Below are positions 9,034 through 18,988 of a stretch of 64,000 bases of DNA, in pieces. The DNA comes from Oscillospiraceae bacterium. GTDB lineage: Bacteria; Bacillota; Clostridia; Oscillospirales; JAAYXM01. A program made the position numbers and the translations under genes. Location of the stretch: positions 16,580 through 80,579 of the forward strand of contig SVMJ01000007.1 in assembly GCA_015067485.1 (NCBI GenBank). The letters run 5' to 3'. The notes under the pieces are model-generated. The model saw nothing but the letters and a program-made list of their open reading frames with translations. It was not told the origin of the DNA and did no database searches. Position 1 is the stretch's first letter. Each line of letters starts with the position of its first letter.

Positions 9034-10518
9034 CTACTTTGTGAAATTCTCCCGATAAAACGCGCGGATTTTATCTGCGTTTTCTTGAAGCCGCGCAAAG
9101 TCTTTGTGATATTCATACGGATACTTCAGATTGAAAATGCGTGTGAGTTTCCCGGTATCGGGCGCGACCAACTTACTCACACCGCCTGCACCCATTGACA
9201 GGATGGTATGGATCTCTTCCATGATGTAAACATTATAGAGCCCTTCAAACCCCGGTTTGGTATAACCGACATTTTCGAGATTTCCCGACATATACTTTTG
9301 TCGGTACAAATAGTACGGATGGTATCCGTCTGCGGTGATCTTCTTCGCCGCATAGTTCACCATACGCAGGACTTCATCCCCATTCGGGCGCGGCAGACGC
9401 TCTGCCCACAACGTCGCACCTTTTTTCAGCGCAAGGGTATGTACCGTGATGTTTTCGGGATTGAGTTCCAGCGCGGAACGGACGGTTTTGTAAAAACTTA
9501 AGTCCGTATCACCCGGAAGCCCTGCAATCAAATCCATGTTAATAGCGAGATTGGTCGTCTCACGCACCGTGTGCACCATATCCGCCACATCCTGCGCGGT
9601 GTGGTTACGACCAATGAGTTCCAGCACGCGGTCGTTCATGGTTTGCGGATTGACGCTGATGCGCGTCGCACCGTTTTGTTCGATGACCGCAAGTTTTTCC
9701 TCGTCCATGGTATCGGGACGACCTGCTTCCACCGTGAACTCCACGCATCCGCCGAGATCAAAAGACTTGCGGATATTTGCGAGCACACGGTTTAACTGTT
9801 CGGCACTCAACGCGGTGGGTGTTCCCCCGCCTACGTATACGGTTTTGATCCTCAACCCGATGTCGCGTGCGGCTTTTCCTGCTTCTTTCATTTCCAAAAA
9901 CAGTGCTTCCAAATACGGCTCCACCAAATGCGAAGCCTGACCGATGGAGTGGCTGACAAACGAGCAGTATTTACAACGCGAAACGCAAAACGGGATGCCC
10001 ACGTACACGGACGCATCCATCGTGCGGTTTTCCGCCTTGATTTTCTGCCCTACTTTTGCCACATCGCAGCAAAGTTCACGCCGACGTTTTACCACATGAT
10101 AGGAGTTTTTCAAAATCCGATCCACTGCCGCATCGTCGTTTCCTTCCGCATAGAGCCGTGCCGCGAGTTTCGCGGGACGGATCCCGGTCATTGCGCCCCA
10201 AGGAGGTGCGACTTTGAGAAACGGACGTGATGCGCGATAAAACGCGAGTTTGAGTGCTTGCTGTGCATTGCGCTTATAGAGCAGTGGGTCATCGGAATTT
10301 GAGAGTTTGGTTTTTGCAGTCTCTTCTTTCCCGTCGATACGAACGGTTGCGATTCCGTACAGATACCGCTCGGTTTCACAGAGTTCCAAAATCGCAAAGT
10401 TCCCGTCTTGCGGAACAGTCTCGACAAATTCGGGGCGGTCCTGCGGGAACACGGTCAGCATCATTTGCTCCACCGCGTAACGGTACGGATGACCCGAGAG
10501 ATACAGTTTCATCGACAA
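9034..10518 (-). CDS. hemZ: Radical SAM coproporphyrinogen dehydrogenase-like protein HemZ
   Basis: CxxxCxxC cluster motif GIPFCVSRCKYCSF, a HemN-like core, and the extended N-domain typical of HemZ. Confidence 0.8.
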   Translation of the reverse strand: MSMKLYLSGHPYRYAVEQMMLTVFPQDRPEFVETVPQDGNFAILELCETERYLYGIATVRIDGKEETAKTKLSNSDDPLLYKRNAQQALKLAFYRASRPFLKVAPPWGAMTGIRPAKLAARLYAEGNDDAAVDRILKNSYHVVKRRRELCCDVAKVGQKIKAENRTMDASVYVGIPFCVSRCKYCSFVSHSIGQASHLVEPYLEALFLEMKEAGKAARDIGLRIKTVYVGGGTPTALSAEQLNRVLANIRKSFDLGGCVEFTVEAGRPDTMDEEKLAVIEQNGATRISVNPQTMNDRVLELIGRNHTAQDVADMVHTVRETTNLAINMDLIAGLPGDTDLSFYKTVRSALELNPENITVHTLALKKGATLWAERLPRPNGDEVLRMVNYAAKKITADGYHPYYLYRQKYMSGNLENVGYTKPGFEGLYNVYIMEEIHTILSMGAGGVSKLVAPDTGKLTRIFNLKYPYEYHKDFARLQENADKIRAFYRENFTK

Positions 10519-11132
10519 AGTGCCTCCCGCACATAGGGGTTGAAGCGACGTTCCACCGAGAGTTTGGTTTCCGCATCATGCCCCGGAAGGACACGCATGT
10601 CCCCCGAAAGGAGTGCAAGGCGTTTGAGCGATGCATACATTTCCGAGATGCTTCCGCCCGGGAAATCGCAACGACCGCACGAGCCGTAAAACAACGTATC
10701 ACCCGAGAACATGACATCGTCCATCAGATAGCAAATGCAACCGGGTGTATGCCCCGGGGTGTTGAGACACTTGATTTCTGTGCCTGCAATCTTCAACACA
10801 TCCCCGTCTTTCACCCAAACGTCGGGAGAAAGGCGCGGTGCGCGGAAATTTACAAGATTCACTCCGGGATTTTCGAGCACGGGTTGTTCTCCGTCGCCTA
10901 CATAGAGTTTTGCGCCCGAATATGCGAGAAGTTCGGGTACTGCCATGATATGATCGAAATGCCCATGTGTGAGAAGCACCGCTTCTACTGTGACTTGGTT
11001 TTTCTTGATTTCATGCAGAATGCGTTCAAAATGATCGCCCGGATCCACCACGAATCCTTGTTTGGTGGTCTCATTCCACGCGAGATAACAGTTGGTGCCC
11101 AGTGCACCGACCGATATGGTAATAATCTTCAA
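10509..11132 (-). CDS. MBL-fold metallo-hydrolase
   Basis: LLTHGHFDHI metal motif, plus GHTPG and a C-terminal HD. Confidence 0.85.
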   Translation of the reverse strand: MKIITISVGALGTNCYLAWNETTKQGFVVDPGDHFERILHEIKKNQVTVEAVLLTHGHFDHIMAVPELLAYSGAKLYVGDGEQPVLENPGVNLVNFRAPRLSPDVWVKDGDVLKIAGTEIKCLNTPGHTPGCICYLMDDVMFSGDTLFYGSCGRCDFPGGSISEMYASLKRLALLSGDMRVLPGHDAETKLSVERRFNPYVREALCR

Positions 11133-11144
11133 TCGGAGTTCCCC

Positions 11145-11591
11145 CTATTCCGCCTTGGAATCCATCAGAATCGTAACGGGCCCGTCATTGATCGACTGCA
11201 GTTTCATATCCGCGCCGAACACTCCGGTTTTGACCGTATATCCAAATGCGCGCAGTTGCTCCACGTACTGTTCGTAGTAGCGGTTTGCAAGACTCGGTTC
11301 TGCCGCTTTTACGAAACTCGGTCGATTGCCTTTGCGGGTATCCGCACAGAGTGTGAAATTGGAGACCACCATGATCTCGCCGTCCACTTCATGGCACGCG
11401 AGATTGAGTTTTCCCTGTTCGTCTTCAAAAATCCGCATCCCCGCGGTTTTTTTTGCGAGATAGGAAACGTCCTGTTCGGTATCCCCTTCCGCAACACCGC
11501 AGAGCACCAAAAGACCTTTGCCGATGGCACTGTGGCAAACCCCGTCAATGGTGACCGATGCTTCTTTCACGCGCGTAATGACTAATTTCAT
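11145..11591 (-). CDS. dtd: D-aminoacyl-tRNA deacylase
   Basis: MKLVITRVKEASVTIDG...VVSNFTL...GNRPSF is the Dtd signature. The gene is downstream of relA, the classical relA-dtd pair. The ORF-track extension to 11684 is rejected. Confidence 0.9.
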   Translation of the reverse strand: MKLVITRVKEASVTIDGVCHSAIGKGLLVLCGVAEGDTEQDVSYLAKKTAGMRIFEDEQGKLNLACHEVDGEIMVVSNFTLCADTRKGNRPSFVKAAEPSLANRYYEQYVEQLRAFGYTVKTGVFGADMKLQSINDGPVTILMDSKAE

Positions 11592-11601
11592 ACAATTCTC
11601 C

Positions 11602-13782
11602 TTAGGAAAGGGTTCGTTTGACATCCATGACGCCCGAAACGCCCCTGAGTTTCTGTATGATGAATTCGAGTTGGTCCATGCCACCGACTTCCATGGTCAG
11701 GTTGATAACAGCATAGCCGTCGCCGAAACTGCGTGCCTCCATCTGATGGACCGGCACTTTGATCTGACTGAGTTGGACCGCGACGTTTGCAACCAGATCG
11801 ATGCGTTCTTTCGCAGAAATCTGAAGTGTGGTCTGGAAACGGTCGCGCACTTCATCCGCCCAGCTGACACGGATCCAGCGGCTCAGGTCATCCGAATTTT
11901 TCATGGCTTCCGTAACATTTTTACAGTCCATACGGTGTACCGATACCCCGTAACCTCGGGTAATGAATCCGATAATAGAGTCGCCCGGGATCGGGTTGCA
12001 GCAGCGTGCGAATTTGATCAGGCAGTTATCCACGCCTTCCACAACCACGCCCGAACCTGCTTTTTTCGGTTTGGCGGTGGTAACGAGTTTTTCCACCACT
12101 TTTTCATCATTTTGCTGGACGCGACTGGAACGCGCGACTTCTTCACGGATGCGGTTGATCACGCGGTTGAGCGTCAGCCCCCCGTAGCCGATACTTGCAA
12201 GCATTTCTTGCGGCGCGTTGAACGAAATGCGTTTGCAAACCGCGGCGAGTACTTCCTCCATGCCTTCCTGCCCCAGCGAGAGCCCAATCTTTTTGAGTTC
12301 GCGCTCGAGTTGTTCTTTCCCGCGTGCGATATTTTCTTCTTTACACTCTTTTTTGAACCATTGCTTGATTTTATTGCGCGCCGCGCTGGTCTTTGCGATT
12401 TTGATCCAATCGCGGCTGGGACCGTGCCCCGCACTCGAGGTGAGTACCTCCACGATCTCACCGTTTTGCAGTTGGTAATCGAGTTGTACGATCTTGCCGT
12501 TTGCCTTTGCCCCGATCATGCGGTTACCGACCGCTGAGTGGATGGAGTATGCAAAATCGATCGGGCAGGAGCCTGCAGGCAGGCTGACCACATCACCCTT
12601 CGGGGTGAAGACGTAAACTTCGTCTGCGAACATATCGGTTTTGAGCTGGCGGATGAAGTCTTCCCCATCCGAGTCTTGCTGGGTTTCAAGGAGCTGGCGA
12701 ACCCAGGCGAGCTTTTCATCCATCTGTCCGCCTGTGACGCCTGATTTATACTTCCAATGCGCCGCGATACCGTATTCCGCGACACGGTGCATCTCATAGG
12801 TTCGGATTTGAACTTCAAACGGGATGCCTTCGCGACCGATAACGGTGGTATGGAGCGACTGGTACATATTGGGTTTTGGGGTGCTGATATAGTCTTTGAA
12901 ACGCCCCGGGATGGGGTGATACAAGTCGTGAATGAGACCGAGCACGTTATAGCAGTCCGCGACTGTGTTTACAATGACGCGCATGGCGTAAAGGTCATAG
13001 ACTTCGCTGATGTCTTTATGCTGCGTATACATTTTGCGGTAGATGCTGTAAATATGCTTGACACGACCCGCGATGGTGGCTTCGATCCCGGATTCCGCGA
13101 TATGCCCTTCCAGACGTTCACGGATCTGGGTTTGGAACTCTTCCCGTTCTTCTTTGCGGTTGTTGAGTTCTTCGGTGATTTCTTCGTAGCCGACCGGGTC
13201 TAAACACGCAAGCGAGCGGTCTTCAAGTTCCCATTTGATCTTCTGCATACCCAGACGGTGTGCAAGTGGTGCGTAGACTTCCATGGTCTCAAGCGCTTTT
13301 TCGCGTTGTTTGTCCGGCTTGTGGAATTCGATGGTACGCATATTGTGCAAACGGTCTGCGAGTTTGACCAAAATGACGCGGATGTCTTTGCCCATCGCAA
13401 GGAACATTTTACGCAGGTTTTCCAGTTGCTCCTCTTCCTTGCTTTCGTACTGCATTTGCGTCAGTTTGGTGACACCGTCAACGATATCCGCAACAGTTTC
13501 ACCGAACTGCGCCTTGATCTGTTGATACTCAAGAGAGGTATCTTCGATGCAGTCGTGCAAAATTGCGGAGATAACCGAGTCTAAGTCCAGCCCCATCTCT
13601 GCCGCAATTTCCGCAACCGCGAGCGGATGGGTGATGTACTCACTTCCGTCTTTGCGCATCTGCCCCTGGTGTGCCTGTGTCGCGATCTCCATCGCGCGGT
13701 AAAGACGGTCTTCCTCAATATTGGGTAAATATGTTTTTACTTGTTTGAGTAATTTTTCGTAACGCTGATCCAAATTCTTCAT
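11602..13782 (-). CDS. relA: Bifunctional (p)ppGpp synthetase/hydrolase RelA/SpoT (Rel)
   Basis: 726 aa with an HD domain (HPLAVAEI...HDCIEDT), a synthetase domain, and TGS and ACT-like C-terminal domains. Confidence 0.95.
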   Translation of the reverse strand: MKNLDQRYEKLLKQVKTYLPNIEEDRLYRAMEIATQAHQGQMRKDGSEYITHPLAVAEIAAEMGLDLDSVISAILHDCIEDTSLEYQQIKAQFGETVADIVDGVTKLTQMQYESKEEEQLENLRKMFLAMGKDIRVILVKLADRLHNMRTIEFHKPDKQREKALETMEVYAPLAHRLGMQKIKWELEDRSLACLDPVGYEEITEELNNRKEEREEFQTQIRERLEGHIAESGIEATIAGRVKHIYSIYRKMYTQHKDISEVYDLYAMRVIVNTVADCYNVLGLIHDLYHPIPGRFKDYISTPKPNMYQSLHTTVIGREGIPFEVQIRTYEMHRVAEYGIAAHWKYKSGVTGGQMDEKLAWVRQLLETQQDSDGEDFIRQLKTDMFADEVYVFTPKGDVVSLPAGSCPIDFAYSIHSAVGNRMIGAKANGKIVQLDYQLQNGEIVEVLTSSAGHGPSRDWIKIAKTSAARNKIKQWFKKECKEENIARGKEQLERELKKIGLSLGQEGMEEVLAAVCKRISFNAPQEMLASIGYGGLTLNRVINRIREEVARSSRVQQNDEKVVEKLVTTAKPKKAGSGVVVEGVDNCLIKFARCCNPIPGDSIIGFITRGYGVSVHRMDCKNVTEAMKNSDDLSRWIRVSWADEVRDRFQTTLQISAKERIDLVANVAVQLSQIKVPVHQMEARSFGDGYAVINLTMEVGGMDQLEFIIQKLRGVSGVMDVKRTLS

Positions 13783-13794
13783 TGTGTTCGCTCC

Positions 13795-15792
13795 CTATTT
13801 CGCCGCGCGTTCCACCCGCGCAAGCAATGCGGAATCTGAAAGTTCCACTTTTTTCTCAGCAAGGAAACGGATGTTTACCATGCCGCGGTCAAACTCTGCC
13901 GTGATCAGTTCCAGTTCATCAAATGCGCCGAGCGCGCAGGCTACCTGATACGGAGAAAGCCCGAGTTCGCGCGCGAGTGCACCCACGCTATAGCGTGCAT
14001 CGCCGCGCGCTTTGATGTATCGCCAAAAACCGCCGAGTGCGCGGTAATCCATCTGCATTTTTCTTGCGGTATCGCGGTCAAGGTCTGCCATGAGTGCATG
14101 ACACGCGCACATCACGTCATCGCCTTGGCGCAAATCGTTTACAAGCATCTGCACCGAGCGACCATAGTATGTGTTGATTTCGGGGCGGAATGCGACAGAT
14201 ACCACATCTCCTGCCACCCCTGCAAGTTCATCGGGGGTCTTGCGAAAATACACACCCGGGATCCCATCGATCGAAACCTTGCTATGTTTCCCTTGCCCGA
14301 TGCTTTTGACATCTGTCAACGTGCAGTTACCCAGCGCCAAAAGCGGATACGGGTTTCCGCTTCCGAACGGTTCGAGCACCGACAGTCCGTCCACCGCATC
14401 CACGGTGAGATCGGAAACATCCACGGTGAGATCAACATCCAAAACCTTGGGCACTTCCCCCACACGGTCTGCAAGTTCATTCAGACGGGCACGCAAGACC
14501 GGAATCTGTTCGCGTTTGACCGACAGTCCGACCGCAAGGTCGTGCCCGCCAAACTGTATGATCGAATCGGATACTTCACTTAACATATCGTATAAATGGT
14601 ATCCCTCCACACTACGCCCCGAGCCTTTGCCGATCTCACCATCGAGCGAGAGCAGGATCGTCGGGCAGTGATAGCGTTCACTCAGGCGCGATGCGACGAT
14701 GCCGACCACCCCGTGGTGCCAGCCTTCACCCCCGAGAACGATGACGCGGTCGCGTTTCGGGTCGAACACACGCGGAAGTTCCTCCAGCGCCTGTTCCATG
14801 ATCTTCATTTCGAGTGCCTGTCGCGCGCTGTTGAGTTCACACAGATCTTTTGCCATGCTTCGCGCTTTTTCCGCGTCCTGTTCCAAAAACAGTTCTACTA
14901 CCTGCCCCGCATTGGTCATGCGACCTGCCGCATTCATGCGCGGCGCAAGAATAAATCCAATTTGGGTGGTGTCAAGCGTTTCGTGTTTTGCTCCCGATGC
15001 ATCGATGAGCGCGCTGAGTCCCACGTGTTTGGTCTGCCGAAGCAAATCAATTCCGTTTGCGACGATCGCGCGGTTTTCTTCTATGAGCGGCATGATATCC
15101 GCAACCGTGCCAAGGGTTACAAACGGAAGATAGCGCGCCTGCACTTCTTCCAATTCATCGGGCGAGCAGAGTGCGCGGATGAGTTGGAATGCGACACCGA
15201 CTCCTGCGAGATGCGGAAACGGGTAATTGCAGTCTTCCCGATGGGGATTCACGACCGCACACGCATCCGGAAGCGTCTCCTTACATTCGTGATGATCGCA
15301 AATAACCAGATCAAGCCCGAGCGTTTTTGCCGCCGCGGTTTCCGAGATGGCGGTGATACCGGTATCGACTGTGATGACAAGGCGCACACCTTGGGTACGC
15401 AATTTAACGAGCGATGTAAGATTGACCCCATAACCTTCGTCAAAACGGTCGGGGATATAATAGCGACAGTCCACGCCTTTTGAGCGCAGAAAATCCGTCA
15501 GGATATAGGTCGCGGTGATGCCGTCAACATCATAGTCTCCGTAAACCGCGATCGAATCGCCCGACGCCATCGCCGCACAGATGCGCGAGACCGCGCGGTC
15601 CATGTCTTTGAGCAGCATGGGATCATGCAGTCGGCTTAAATCTTTATCCAAAAACGAGCGGGCATTTGCCGGTGTGCGGTATCCGCGTGCACACAGGATT
15701 TTCGCAGCCAAGGTGCTGATCCCGAGTGTCTCCGCAAGGGCTGTCGCCTCGACCGGATGACACGTCCCGCAACTCCAAGTAATCTCTTTCAT
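13795..15792 (-). CDS. recJ: Single-stranded-DNA-specific exonuclease RecJ
   Basis: DHH motifs (VYGDYDVDGITA, DHH at ICDHHE) and a DHHA1 GGHDLAVG motif. ATG 15792 follows a GAGAGGAAAA RBS. Confidence 0.9.
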   Translation of the reverse strand: MKEITWSCGTCHPVEATALAETLGISTLAAKILCARGYRTPANARSFLDKDLSRLHDPMLLKDMDRAVSRICAAMASGDSIAVYGDYDVDGITATYILTDFLRSKGVDCRYYIPDRFDEGYGVNLTSLVKLRTQGVRLVITVDTGITAISETAAAKTLGLDLVICDHHECKETLPDACAVVNPHREDCNYPFPHLAGVGVAFQLIRALCSPDELEEVQARYLPFVTLGTVADIMPLIEENRAIVANGIDLLRQTKHVGLSALIDASGAKHETLDTTQIGFILAPRMNAAGRMTNAGQVVELFLEQDAEKARSMAKDLCELNSARQALEMKIMEQALEELPRVFDPKRDRVIVLGGEGWHHGVVGIVASRLSERYHCPTILLSLDGEIGKGSGRSVEGYHLYDMLSEVSDSIIQFGGHDLAVGLSVKREQIPVLRARLNELADRVGEVPKVLDVDLTVDVSDLTVDAVDGLSVLEPFGSGNPYPLLALGNCTLTDVKSIGQGKHSKVSIDGIPGVYFRKTPDELAGVAGDVVSVAFRPEINTYYGRSVQMLVNDLRQGDDVMCACHALMADLDRDTARKMQMDYRALGGFWRYIKARGDARYSVGALARELGLSPYQVACALGAFDELELITAEFDRGMVNIRFLAEKKVELSDSALLARVERAAK

Positions 15793-15882
15793 TCTGTCTT
15801 TTCCTCTCACCGAATCATTCGGTTTTCCCCTTTTCTGTATATTGTATCATACTTTTCTTCATTACACAATGACAAATGCGAT

Positions 15883-15911
15883 TTGCAAAACGACAAAATA
15901 TGTGCTATAAT
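15883..15911 (+). promoter_or_regulatory. Sigma-A promoter: TTGCAA, 17 nt, (TG)cTATAAT
   Basis: TTGCAA at 15883-15888, 17-nt spacer, TATAAT at 15906-15911 with an upstream TG. Confidence 0.55.
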
Positions 15912-15942
15912 GATACAAAAGGGGTAATTCAAAAAGATTGGG

Positions 15943-16803
15943 GTGTATCAATTGGCCCGCGAAGGAAAAAGACTCAAAACATTGGATCCGATGATGGCGG
16001 TTACCAGTTATTTTATGCCGACCCGCGTTGGGTCGTCCAACTCATTTTTCCACTCGGTCGAAATCTCCGAGTGTGAAGAATTCATCTGCAAGAAACGCGA
16101 AGAGGGGCTAAAGGGTCTCGGCATGATGCATCTGTTCCTTGCAGCCTACGCACGCACGGTTTCTCAGCGTCCCGGGCTGAACCGCTTTGTCCGCGGTCAG
16201 CGCGTTTACAAGCGCAATAACATTGTGTGCTGTCTGACAATCAAGAAGGAAATGGCACTCAACGCGCCCGAAACCGTGGTAAAACTTGCGCTTTCTCCCA
16301 CCGATACCATCACCGACGTATACCACAAGCTCAACAAACTCATCGAAGAAAACCGCGGTGAAGGTGACGGAAATGCAATGGACAAATTCATCCGTCTGCT
16401 CCTGCATCTCCCCGGCATTCTGTTCAAATTCACAGTCTGGCTTCTCAAGACCATGGATTATTTTGGACTGCTCCCGCGTTTTCTCACCGATTTGAGCCCG
16501 TTCCACGGCAGTTTGTTTATCACAAACCTGGGGTCGCTTGGCATCCCGCCCGTAGCGCATCATTTGTACGACTTCGGAAATGTTCCGTTATTCATCGCAA
16601 CAGGGGCAAAACGCCAGGAATACGCACTCCAAAAAGACGGTTCAGTCAAAGAGTTGCGACTCATGGACTTCACTTTGGTTTGCGACGAGCGTATTTGCGA
16701 CGGGCACTACTACGCATCTGCACTTAAATATTTACAGAAACTCTTCAAAACCCCCGAAGTTTTGGACGTCCCGCCCGAAGAAGTCATCCCGGACATCGAC
16801 TAA
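15943..16803 (+). CDS. Stand-alone 2-oxoacid dehydrogenase acyltransferase (E2 catalytic-domain-like) protein
   Basis: Has the length and C-terminal motif region of the E2/CAT-like fold (ITNLGSLG...CDERICDGHYYASALKY). There are no lipoyl or subunit-binding domains. The start is uncertain: GTG 15943 or TTG 15952. Confidence 0.65.
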   Translation: MYQLAREGKRLKTLDPMMAVTSYFMPTRVGSSNSFFHSVEISECEEFICKKREEGLKGLGMMHLFLAAYARTVSQRPGLNRFVRGQRVYKRNNIVCCLTIKKEMALNAPETVVKLALSPTDTITDVYHKLNKLIEENRGEGDGNAMDKFIRLLLHLPGILFKFTVWLLKTMDYFGLLPRFLTDLSPFHGSLFITNLGSLGIPPVAHHLYDFGNVPLFIATGAKRQEYALQKDGSVKELRLMDFTLVCDERICDGHYYASALKYLQKLFKTPEVLDVPPEEVIPDID

Positions 16804-16804
16804 C

Positions 16805-16841
16805 AAAAAAGACCTGACAGATTCCTGTCAGGTCTTTTTTT
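16805..16841. terminator. Bidirectional terminator shared by the E2-like gene and trmB
   Basis: AGACCTGACAG (16810-16820) pairs with CTGTCAGGTCT (16825-16835), flanked by A6 and T8 runs. Confidence 0.75.
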
Positions 16842-17487
16842 AGATCAATTTGGTTTTTTGTTTGTACGCTTCGGTACGGTAAATGGGCATCCCCTGCTCC
16901 ACAAAGCGAGTTTCGTACTCGGTCATGATGTTGGGGAGATCGGTCGCGTGCAGGTCAAACGTGATGTTTTTGAGCAGATATCCCACCGCTGCAAACTCAT
17001 TGAGCGAGAACTCAAACAGCCTCATGTTATCGGTCTTTTGGAAAATCACTCCATTTTCACAAAGCGCATTCCAATACAGATCCAAAAAGGTTCGATAAGT
17101 AAGACGTCGCTTCCACTGCTTCTTTTTCGGCCACGGATCGCTGAAATTCAGATAAATACGATCAAGTTCGCCGTCGGCGAAAAACGTCGGAAGATTTACC
17201 GCATCCACATCCAAAAAGCGGATGTTTTGCACGTCTTCCGCGATCGCTTTTTCCGCCGCAATGACCAAAGCACCTTCTTCACGCTCGATCCCAACGAAGA
17301 AAATGTCGGAGTTTTCCTTTGCGGTTTCCACCAAAAACTTCCCTTTTCCCGCACCGATTTCCAGATGCAGTTCTTTCCCGCCAAAGGTAGAAAGCCACTT
17401 GCCGCAATATGCGGTCGGGTCTTCCAAAATCATACCTTTGCAACGCTCAAGACGCGCGGGAAGGTTTGGTTTTTTTCTCATTCTCAC
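16840..17487 (-). CDS. trmB: tRNA (guanine-N7)-methyltransferase
   Basis: LEIGAGKGKF SAM motif and a FSDPWPKK motif. Confidence 0.9.
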   Translation of the reverse strand: MRMRKKPNLPARLERCKGMILEDPTAYCGKWLSTFGGKELHLEIGAGKGKFLVETAKENSDIFFVGIEREEGALVIAAEKAIAEDVQNIRFLDVDAVNLPTFFADGELDRIYLNFSDPWPKKKQWKRRLTYRTFLDLYWNALCENGVIFQKTDNMRLFEFSLNEFAAVGYLLKNITFDLHATDLPNIMTEYETRFVEQGMPIYRTEAYKQKTKLI

Positions 17488-17499
17488 GGTAATATCCCC

Positions 17500-18981
17500 T
17501 TATTTCTGCAAGAGTTCAATGCCTTTTTCCATACGGCGCAAACTTTCTTCTTTCCCCAGAATATGGCAAAGCTCCACGCCGCCGCCCGGGGTGGTCTGTT
17601 TGCCCGAGAGCGCGGTACGAAGCGGCCACAGTACATAGCCGTTTTTGTATCCCTTACTTTCGATGTATGCAAAGAGCGCGTTGTGGATACCGTCAAAACT
17701 CCAATCGGTAACACCTTCGATGACTGGGAGCAGTTCTTTCAGCACTTCGAGCGAGCCCGCTTCGTCGGTCTTCATTTTCTTATGGCAGTAGAGTGCGGTA
17801 TCGTACTCGGGGAGTGCATCGAAGAAATCCACTTTTTCCGGGATATCGGTGAGCCGCTCGCAACGCGGCTGTAAGAGCGGTGCGATCAGGCGGGTGTCGA
17901 TATCCGGATTTTTCACCGTCTGACGGAGATAGGGTTCCGCAATCGCATGAAACTCTTCCGCAGACATTGCTTTGATATATTCACTGTTGATGTAGTTGAG
18001 CTTGACCATATCGAAAATCGCAGGCGATTTGGAAATGCCGCGAATTTCAAATACATCGATGAGTTCTTGAAGCGAGAAAATCTCGCGCTCGCCCCCCGGG
18101 CTCCAGCCGAGCAGCGCAACGTAGTTGATGAGCGCATCGCGCAGATAGCCCATATTGAGCAAGTCTTCATACGACGGGTCGCCCTTACGCTTGGAGAGTT
18201 TCTCGGTCGCGTTTTTCATAACGGGCGCACAATGGACATACACCGGCACTTCCCAGCCGAATGCTTGATAGAGCAGGTTATACTTGGGCGCGGACGAGAG
18301 ATATTCCATTCCGCGGACCACGTGAGTAATGCCCATCAGATGGTCATCCACCACGTTTGCGAAGTTATACGTGGGAAGTCCATCGGACTTGAGCAAAATC
18401 TGATCGTCGAGTTCTTCGTTATCCACCGAAATATCACCGAAAACCACATCGTGAAAGACGGTCTTGCCTTCGCGCGGCATCTTCTGACGGATGACGTACG
18501 GAGTACCCGCATCGAGTTTTGCCTGCACTTCTTCGGGTGTCAAGCGCGAGCAACGACCGTCGTACTTTGCAGGCATTCCGTCTGCCGGTGCATGGCGGTC
18601 TTCTTTTCCGCAGAAGCAGTAATATGCCGCGCCCAGTTCCACCAAGTGCTTTGCATAGTGGCCATAGAGTTCACGGCGCTCGCTCTGAATGTACGGACCG
18701 ACGGGACCGCCGATATCGGGACCTTCGTCGTATTGGAGACCTGTTTCGTGCATGGTACGATAAATGAGATCCACCGCGCCGTCTACATAACGCTCCTGGT
18801 CGGTATCTTCGATGCGGAGAATGAAGTCGCCGCCTTCGTGCTTGGTGATGAAGTACGCATAAAGCGCGGTACGGAGATTCCCGATGTGCATATATCCGGT
18901 CGGCGACGGTGCGAAACGGGTTCTCACCTTGCCGTGCGGAATTTTTGCTTCTTGTTCTTCAAAAAATGTTTGGTTCATCAT
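17500..18981 (-). CDS. gltX: Glutamate--tRNA ligase
   Basis: Class I signatures [10 protein letters not shown] and KLSKRKG, with GltX architecture. Confidence 0.95.
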   Translation of the reverse strand: MMNQTFFEEQEAKIPHGKVRTRFAPSPTGYMHIGNLRTALYAYFITKHEGGDFILRIEDTDQERYVDGAVDLIYRTMHETGLQYDEGPDIGGPVGPYIQSERRELYGHYAKHLVELGAAYYCFCGKEDRHAPADGMPAKYDGRCSRLTPEEVQAKLDAGTPYVIRQKMPREGKTVFHDVVFGDISVDNEELDDQILLKSDGLPTYNFANVVDDHLMGITHVVRGMEYLSSAPKYNLLYQAFGWEVPVYVHCAPVMKNATEKLSKRKGDPSYEDLLNMGYLRDALINYVALLGWSPGGEREIFSLQELIDVFEIRGISKSPAIFDMVKLNYINSEYIKAMSAEEFHAIAEPYLRQTVKNPDIDTRLIAPLLQPRCERLTDIPEKVDFFDALPEYDTALYCHKKMKTDEAGSLEVLKELLPVIEGVTDWSFDGIHNALFAYIESKGYKNGYVLWPLRTALSGKQTTPGGGVELCHILGKEESLRRMEKGIELLQK

Positions 18982-18988
18982 TGTACTC

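Noticed and set aside
10254-11585. 443-aa plus-strand ORF, the longest unassigned ORF in the track.
   Set aside because: It lies entirely antisense to hemZ, the MBL hydrolase and dtd. The sequence is Arg/His/Phe-rich and low in complexity, with no recognisable motif or RBS. This is a typical shadow ORF opposite real genes with GC-rich third positions.
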